This document shows positions 24,442 through 28,948 of a stretch of DNA of 28,948 bases, one piece after another; the stretch's first letter is position 1, and each line of letters opens with the position of its first letter. The stretch lies in IMG/VR virus record IMGVR_UViG_3300007541_000015, one strand, 5' to 3'. Below the pieces are notes generated by a model, which worked only from the letters and a program-made list of their open reading frames with translations, searched no databases and had not been told where the DNA came from. Made by a program: the position numbers and the translations under genes. Source of the stretch: an uncultured virus (IMG/VR IMGVR_UViG_3300007541_000015) (Duplodnaviria; Heunggongvirae; Uroviricota; Caudoviricetes).

Positions 24442-24692
24442 TCTTCCTCCTCCTTAATATTCAAATTTTCTGATGTATCAACGTAATGAAATCCATGCCC
24501 GCAACCATTGCACCAAAAGTGCTGGGGTTCACCCCACTCATCTTCATCATCAAGTTCATAATCATACATGTAAAGCCTACCTTTGAAAAGTTGCCATTCT
24601 GTAACCTTAATGGTCCTAGTAACTGTTTCATCAGCGCGAATGTCGGACGACCCGCACTTCTTACAAGTAATCTTATTCCTGTCAAAAATCAT
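24438..24692 (-). CDS. Zn-ribbon protein, tandem paralog 2
   Basis: MIFDRNKITCKKCGSSDIRA...WCNGC. Confidence 0.72.
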   Translation of the reverse strand: MIFDRNKITCKKCGSSDIRADETVTRTIKVTEWQLFKGRLYMYDYELDDEDEWGEPQHFWCNGCGHGFHYVDTSENLNIKEEEE

Positions 24693-24955
24693 TCTTCTTC
24701 CTCCTTAATATTCAAATATTCTAATGTTTCATCCAAGAGAAAATCATTCATTTCGCCATCCAATTCATAGCAATCACTACACCAAATTACAGGTCCGTTT
24801 AACTCAAAATCATCAGGTTCATAGTTATAGATGAGTAACTGTCCTTTGTGAAGTTGCCATTCTCTAATCCTCATGGCCCTAGTTTCTATTTCTAAGGCAC
24901 GAATATCAGACGACCCGCACTTTTTACAACTAATCTTATTTGCATCAAAAATCAT
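24689..24955 (-). CDS. Zn-ribbon protein, tandem paralog 1
   Basis: MIFDANKISCKKCGSSDIRA...WCSDC. Confidence 0.72.
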   Translation of the reverse strand: MIFDANKISCKKCGSSDIRALEIETRAMRIREWQLHKGQLLIYNYEPDDFELNGPVIWCSDCYELDGEMNDFLLDETLEYLNIKEEEE

Positions 24956-25197
24956 TCTTCTTCCCCCATGCTTACTCCCCAAATCAGGTCAATCTGTTCG
25001 TGAATGTATTCAATGTAGTCAATGTCTGCTTCTTCAGCCCAAAAGTCTTCGGCTTCACCAATCAATTCATAGTGAGCCTCAATCTTCTGTTGAATCTGTC
25101 CAACAGAAACCCACGGCAAATCAACGCCTTCATTGGTTTCCTTGACGAGATTCGCCAAATCAACAAGTCTTTCTAAACAATTCCATTTCATTTCCAT
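24952..25197 (-). CDS. acidic hypothetical protein
   Basis: 81 aa; coupled. Confidence 0.55.
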   Translation of the reverse strand: MEMKWNCLERLVDLANLVKETNEGVDLPWVSVGQIQQKIEAHYELIGEAEDFWAEEADIDYIEYIHEQIDLIWGVSMGEEE

Positions 25198-25202
25198 TTA
25201 AA

Positions 25203-25403
25203 TCACTCTTCCTCAATATCCCATCCACAGTTATCCGAAGTATATGCCTGAGAAATCACAAGGCCACAATTATGGCATTCCCAAGTCACTTCAACATAAC
25301 CCGGCACATTAATACCAACATCAGCCGGTAAATAATGGTCCCTATCATCCCACCTATGTTCGCCATTTTCAGTTTTCTTACACTTTGGTATTTCTGTCTT
25401 CAT
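25203..25403 (-). CDS. small Zn-binding protein
   Basis: C...HRW...CHNCG. Confidence 0.6.
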   Translation of the reverse strand: MKTEIPKCKKTENGEHRWDDRDHYLPADVGINVPGYVEVTWECHNCGLVISQAYTSDNCGWDIEEE

Positions 25404-25771
25404 TCTTCTTCCTCCATCTGATTATAAAATTCAGCGGACTCTTCTAATATACGCGCAAAGGCACGTATTTCATGTTTGCGCTCTTCAGCAACCTTTTCGC
25501 TTGGGTTGAAATAATCACGCTCGTTAGAATTGAGAATACAATCTCGAATCGAAACTTCAGCGAAAAAGGTGGGCATGGTTCCCATATCTGTTGCCTTAAA
25601 AAGTTCAAGGATATATTCTGTCCTCTTAGCCTCCAAACGTGGGAGTTTCTCCCAATAAGCCTTGACGATAAGCCTAACAGGACTGTTAGGATAAAGTTTA
25701 ACGTCAGCCACCATACGGTGTGCAATAATTCTACAAGTATCAAGATGTTCTACAAATTTAATTCTTTCCAT
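25400..25771 (-). CDS. hypothetical protein
   Basis: 123 aa; GAGG SD. Confidence 0.6.
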   Translation of the reverse strand: MERIKFVEHLDTCRIIAHRMVADVKLYPNSPVRLIVKAYWEKLPRLEAKRTEYILELFKATDMGTMPTFFAEVSIRDCILNSNERDYFNPSEKVAEERKHEIRAFARILEESAEFYNQMEEEE

Positions 25772-25803
25772 TTTTATTCCTCTGTAATATAGTGAATATG
25801 AGG

Positions 25804-25877
25804 TGGGTCATGAGGGATTTGAACCCCCGATAGGCGGATTAAAAGCCCGCTGACTTACCTGACTAGCCCAATGACCC
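25804..25877 (-). tRNA. tRNA-Lys(UUU)
   Basis: GGGTCAT/ATGACCC acceptor, GCGGG-CTTTTAA-TCCGC anticodon arm, GGTTCAAATCC T arm. Confidence 0.9.
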
Positions 25878-25951
25878 AAGTTTGAGCAGATTTTACTTCA
25901 TGCTCAGGAAGTGGAATCAAAAGAGGCGCACCTCTTTATCTTCGGCCAATT

Positions 25952-27385
25952 TCAGTTCTTTCCGGGTTGAGGACCGCAATAGAACAGATTCTTCTTTGCT
26001 CGCGTAATCGCAACATAGCAGATGTTGTTTTCTTCAGGTCCACCTTTCGGATGAGGCATACGCTCAGTAGCAAGCACATAAACATTGTCTGCTTCAAGAC
26101 CCTTAGCCTTATGAACCGTCGAAAGCATCACGTCGCCATATTCCTTGCCGTCGAAAACCTTCTTGATTTCGCTGATGATTTCACCAACAGTATTCGTGCG
26201 AGAAGCGAAAATACGGATACATTCAACCTTGTCTTCGAGGTTATTCGCCTGATTATCCTTACCTGCATCACGGAAACGCTTAACCATCAAAGCGGTGTTT
26301 TCGTTGAGAATCTCAGTAAACTGAGAAGTCGAAGTATTCTCGTTCTTGCACAACTTCTTGACGTGATTAATCAAGCCTGTTGTCATATCTCGCCCAACGA
26401 TGTAAGCAGACTTTCCTTCAAGAATCATCTGATAGAAAGCGTTCACCAAAGGAGCGTTATATCGGCAAAGAACCATGTCGCCACGCACAGGATTAAACGG
26501 ACTGTTCATGCGAACATTGCCGTCAATCGCAGTTTCGGGACAAGAGAAATCCGACACATAGCGGTTGGCTTCTTGAACGACGTTCTTCGGACAACGCCAT
26601 GAAATCGAGAGAGGAAATTCCTTGATTTCTCGACCGCGAGCCTGAAGGTCAGCCTTGAACAAGTCCATTGAATTGGAATCTGCTCCACGGAAACCGTAAA
26701 TTGCTTGGTTAGGGTCGCCCACAACGATGGTTCGTCCATTTGCACCAAGACATTCCTTGATGAGAGAACGTTGCATTTCGTTAAAATCCTGCGCTTCATC
26801 AACAAAGAGCAAGTCGAAAGTCGGGAACGTGTAATTCTCAACAAGTGGCAACCAAATCATGTCGTCAAAATCAACCATGTTCGGGTTGTTGCGAGAGATG
26901 GTAAGAATAGCAGGAATTGCTGCAATAGCGAGTTGTTCATCGTTATCCTCGAAAGTAATGTCATATTCGTTGATAATACTGCGAATGGACTTAACGTCCT
27001 TTCCATCAACCATACAACCCTTAACGAGAGAAACCAACTTCACAAGAGAAGCCATGCCTCCAAAGTCCTTACCGAGAATATCTCCGATAATGTTCCAACA
27101 CTTGCGGTTATCCACCTTTGGCTTGATACCGCTCTTGTAAATCGCAGAAAGACCAAGACTGTGAAAAGTCTTAGCGGTTACATCATCAGGAAGGCGACTT
27201 TCCAATTCAGTCTGAATACTCTTGTTGAAGCAAAGAAAACCCATACTTCGCGCATTTGCGCGGTGGGATGCTTCCACAATAGTTGTCGTCTTTCCTGTTC
27301 CTGCACCGGCATAAACGAATACATCAGATGTTCCGTTTGTTACCTCTGCAAAAATTTCTTCTTGTTGTTCGGTCCAATTACCCAT
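25952..27385 (-). CDS. superfamily 1 UvrD/REP-like helicase
   Basis: Q motif, AGAGTGKT, TFHS, VDEAQD, VGDPNQAIYGFRGAD, RC, STVHKAKGLE, YVAITRAK. Confidence 0.95.
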   Translation of the reverse strand: MGNWTEQQEEIFAEVTNGTSDVFVYAGAGTGKTTTIVEASHRANARSMGFLCFNKSIQTELESRLPDDVTAKTFHSLGLSAIYKSGIKPKVDNRKCWNIIGDILGKDFGGMASLVKLVSLVKGCMVDGKDVKSIRSIINEYDITFEDNDEQLAIAAIPAILTISRNNPNMVDFDDMIWLPLVENYTFPTFDLLFVDEAQDFNEMQRSLIKECLGANGRTIVVGDPNQAIYGFRGADSNSMDLFKADLQARGREIKEFPLSISWRCPKNVVQEANRYVSDFSCPETAIDGNVRMNSPFNPVRGDMVLCRYNAPLVNAFYQMILEGKSAYIVGRDMTTGLINHVKKLCKNENTSTSQFTEILNENTALMVKRFRDAGKDNQANNLEDKVECIRIFASRTNTVGEIISEIKKVFDGKEYGDVMLSTVHKAKGLEADNVYVLATERMPHPKGGPEENNICYVAITRAKKNLFYCGPQPGKN

Positions 27386-27471
27386 TTTTATTTCTCCTTA
27401 GTTATTTGAATAGTTATTTTAGGCTAGATTATAATTAAGCACAAGACATATTCAGGTCTTTGGAATTGGGT

Positions 27472-27549
27472 CGCGGAACGGGTTCATAGAGAACACTACT
27501 ATCACCGAAGGTGGAGGTTTTTCCCGTTTTTATTTGGTGCAAAACCGCG
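27472..27549 (-). ncRNA. candidate structured RNA, copy 3
   Basis: CGCGG/CCGCG stem, TTTTG-N7-TAAAAA, AACGGG/CCCGTT stem. Confidence 0.42.
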
Positions 27550-27627
27550 TTGTTGCTAATAAAGAGAGGGAGTCAATATAAATGTCTTTATGGCCCCTGA
27601 CTCGACCTACAATCTTTATTTGGAATA

Positions 27628-27712
27628 TGGTGCGGGAGGCAGGACTCGAACCTGCGAACTCGTTGAGATAAGGGCTTAAACCTCACGCCTTTGACCGCTC
27701 GGCTACTCCCGC
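27628..27712 (-). tRNA. tRNA-Leu(UAA) with encoded CCA
   Basis: GCGGGAG/CTCCCGC-ACCA acceptor, TGAGG-TTTAAGC-CCTTA anticodon arm, long variable arm, GGTTCGAGTCC T arm. Confidence 0.93.
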
Positions 27713-27821
27713 AAAAGAAAACAAAAGCCCATTGTTGTCGCATTGGGACGGATTGCCCCATACAGCCTGACCCGACGCGGGGGGTATATGAAGACCCTCC
27801 CTCGGTCGCCCGCCGGAGGCC

Positions 27822-27882
27822 AAAATGAAAGAAAAGGTGGAATAGGGGGAGAAGACGGGTGCGAAACTTCTCCCCCTATTCC
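27822..27882 (-). terminator. 16-bp perfect hairpin followed by a T-rich tract
   Basis: GGAATAGGGGGAGAAG-N12-CTTCTCCCCCTATTCC, then ACCTTTTCTTTCATTTT, downstream of the ORF ending at 27922. Confidence 0.65.
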
Positions 27883-27921
27883 GGTTGGGGTTTTACCCCC
27901 GTTTTGAGCAATTAATTAAAA

Positions 27922-28410
27922 TCACTCAAGGTCGCCGGAATCGGCTCCCTCGGAGTTGAGAAGGCTCTCAATCGAACCATCCCAATCGCCATCCTTGAAA
28001 CGCTTGCTAAGAGCGATTCGGATGCGCTTACCCTGAGAAGCGGCATAATCCTCACCGGATTCATAAACGCCGCCACCGGATTTTGCGTGTTGGAAGCAAA
28101 TAGCCGCAATTACGGGGTCATGCTCGTAAAAGGCCATAGAAGCCTCTTCGACCAGACCAACAATGCGGTCTAATGCAACTCTAACAGCGGCAGGAACGCT
28201 GCTCTTTTGTCCACGGCGGAAAGGTGTTCCGTCGCGGCCCTTCAAAAGAGCCTTAAGAGCGGCAGTAGCCGCTTCTCGCTCATTAGGGTTGTTTGCTCCA
28301 ACTTGAAGGTTGAGTTCAACCACTTGACGCAGGGATGCGTCGAGGGTTTCATCAGCCTCAAGGTATTCATTCACTTCAATCGTTAAACTGTTCCAACTCA
28401 TATCGTCCAT
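27922..28410 (-). CDS. hypothetical protein (162 aa), first gene of the leftward block
   Basis: Start moved to MDDMSW, because the longer start would run through the TATA element. Confidence 0.65.
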   Translation of the reverse strand: MDDMSWNSLTIEVNEYLEADETLDASLRQVVELNLQVGANNPNEREAATAALKALLKGRDGTPFRRGQKSSVPAAVRVALDRIVGLVEEASMAFYEHDPVIAAICFQHAKSGGGVYESGEDYAASQGKRIRIALSKRFKDGDWDGSIESLLNSEGADSGDLE

Positions 28411-28481
28411 GTTGTTCACTTGTCCTGTCCTCCGCTCCACCGCACCGTTTCGCTTCAGACAATTGTTCGATGTGAAACCCC

Positions 28482-28500
28482 CATATAAAGGTGGTTCGGG
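28482..28500 (-). promoter_or_regulatory. archaeal-type promoter (BRE-like + TATA)
   Basis: CCCGAACCACC-TTTATATG about 70 nt upstream of the ATG at 28410. Confidence 0.55.
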
Positions 28501-28514
28501 GTGAATCCTCTTTG

Positions 28515-28948
28515 GAGTGTTTCTAGTATTTCTAATGATTCTAATAACACCGGACCATACAGACCCTATCAATGACTACAATTGAGGATTACTATGCCAA
28601 TGTAGTGTCACATAACCCTAATGAAACATTGAAGTAGTGTTTTAGAAGATTCTAAATGTTTTCCAATGAGTCCAACGAAAAGAAATGCAAACAAACGCCC
28701 AAGATTACTTTGGAAACATTACTCACATGATTCTCCCCCGAACCTTCTAAGAACATTCTATCGGGGGCTGAATCGAGAAATGAGGGGCTAGTGCAACACT
28801 AACCCCATGAAACTCCTCGAAAGGCGTTTCGATTATCATTCTAATGATTATACTACCCCCCTCTCCCTTTCAATCTCTCCCTCCTCCTCGCTTCTACTCT
28901 CCCCACCTTCTTTCTTTTACCATTCGCTATAAATAAACACACGATCCA
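28515..28948. repeat. non-coding region with degenerate TTCTAA(TGA) repeats and a polypyrimidine tract
   Basis: ttctagta, ttctaatga, ttctaata, ttctaaatg, ttccaatga, ttctaaga, ttctaatga; C/T tract at about 28855-28920. Confidence 0.5.

Noticed and set aside
27725..27821. HDV-like/theta ribozyme next to tRNA-Leu
   Set aside because: I could not build the nested double pseudoknot, and the element lies 5' of the tRNA rather than at its 3' trailer.
136..28109. Plus-strand ORFs in the track (e.g. 10900-11373, 16726-17175, 25967-26602, 26705-27409)
   Set aside because: They are antisense shadows of well-supported minus-strand genes and show no recognisable motifs.
1..28948. Cellular archaeal chromosome or integrated provirus boundary
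   Set aside because: Single-strand dense packing, many tiny orphans and shortened replication genes indicate a virus. No integrase, att duplication or host housekeeping operon is visible.

Overview
This window is a dense, almost entirely minus-strand segment of a large dsDNA archaeal virus genome. The gene set most resembles magroviruses (Marine Group II/Poseidoniales viruses) or HGTV-1-like viruses; that assignment is inferred from gene content, not from a search. In transcription order (right to left) it holds: a repeat-rich non-coding region with a TATA-like promoter; an early-type region with an SF1 helicase, four tRNAs (Leu-UAA, Lys-UUU, Arg-UCU, CAU), many small Zn-finger ORFs, and MazG-like and DenV-like genes; class II RNR, a deaminase and TFB; GroES and GroEL; a PC4-like protein, two histone-fold candidates and an ATP-dependent ligase; a degenerate LAGLIDADG protein, RFC large and small subunits, an SSB and a truncated P-loop ATPase. 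The top finding is a dispersed, virus-encoded ubiquitin-like conjugation kit: a Ubl ending GG-AF, a ThiF/E1 enzyme, a JAB protease and a candidate divergent E2. The second is a three-copy structured RNA-like element with covarying stems and anti-Shine-Dalgarno-like loop sequences. All calls come from reading motifs by eye; no searches or folding programs were run.
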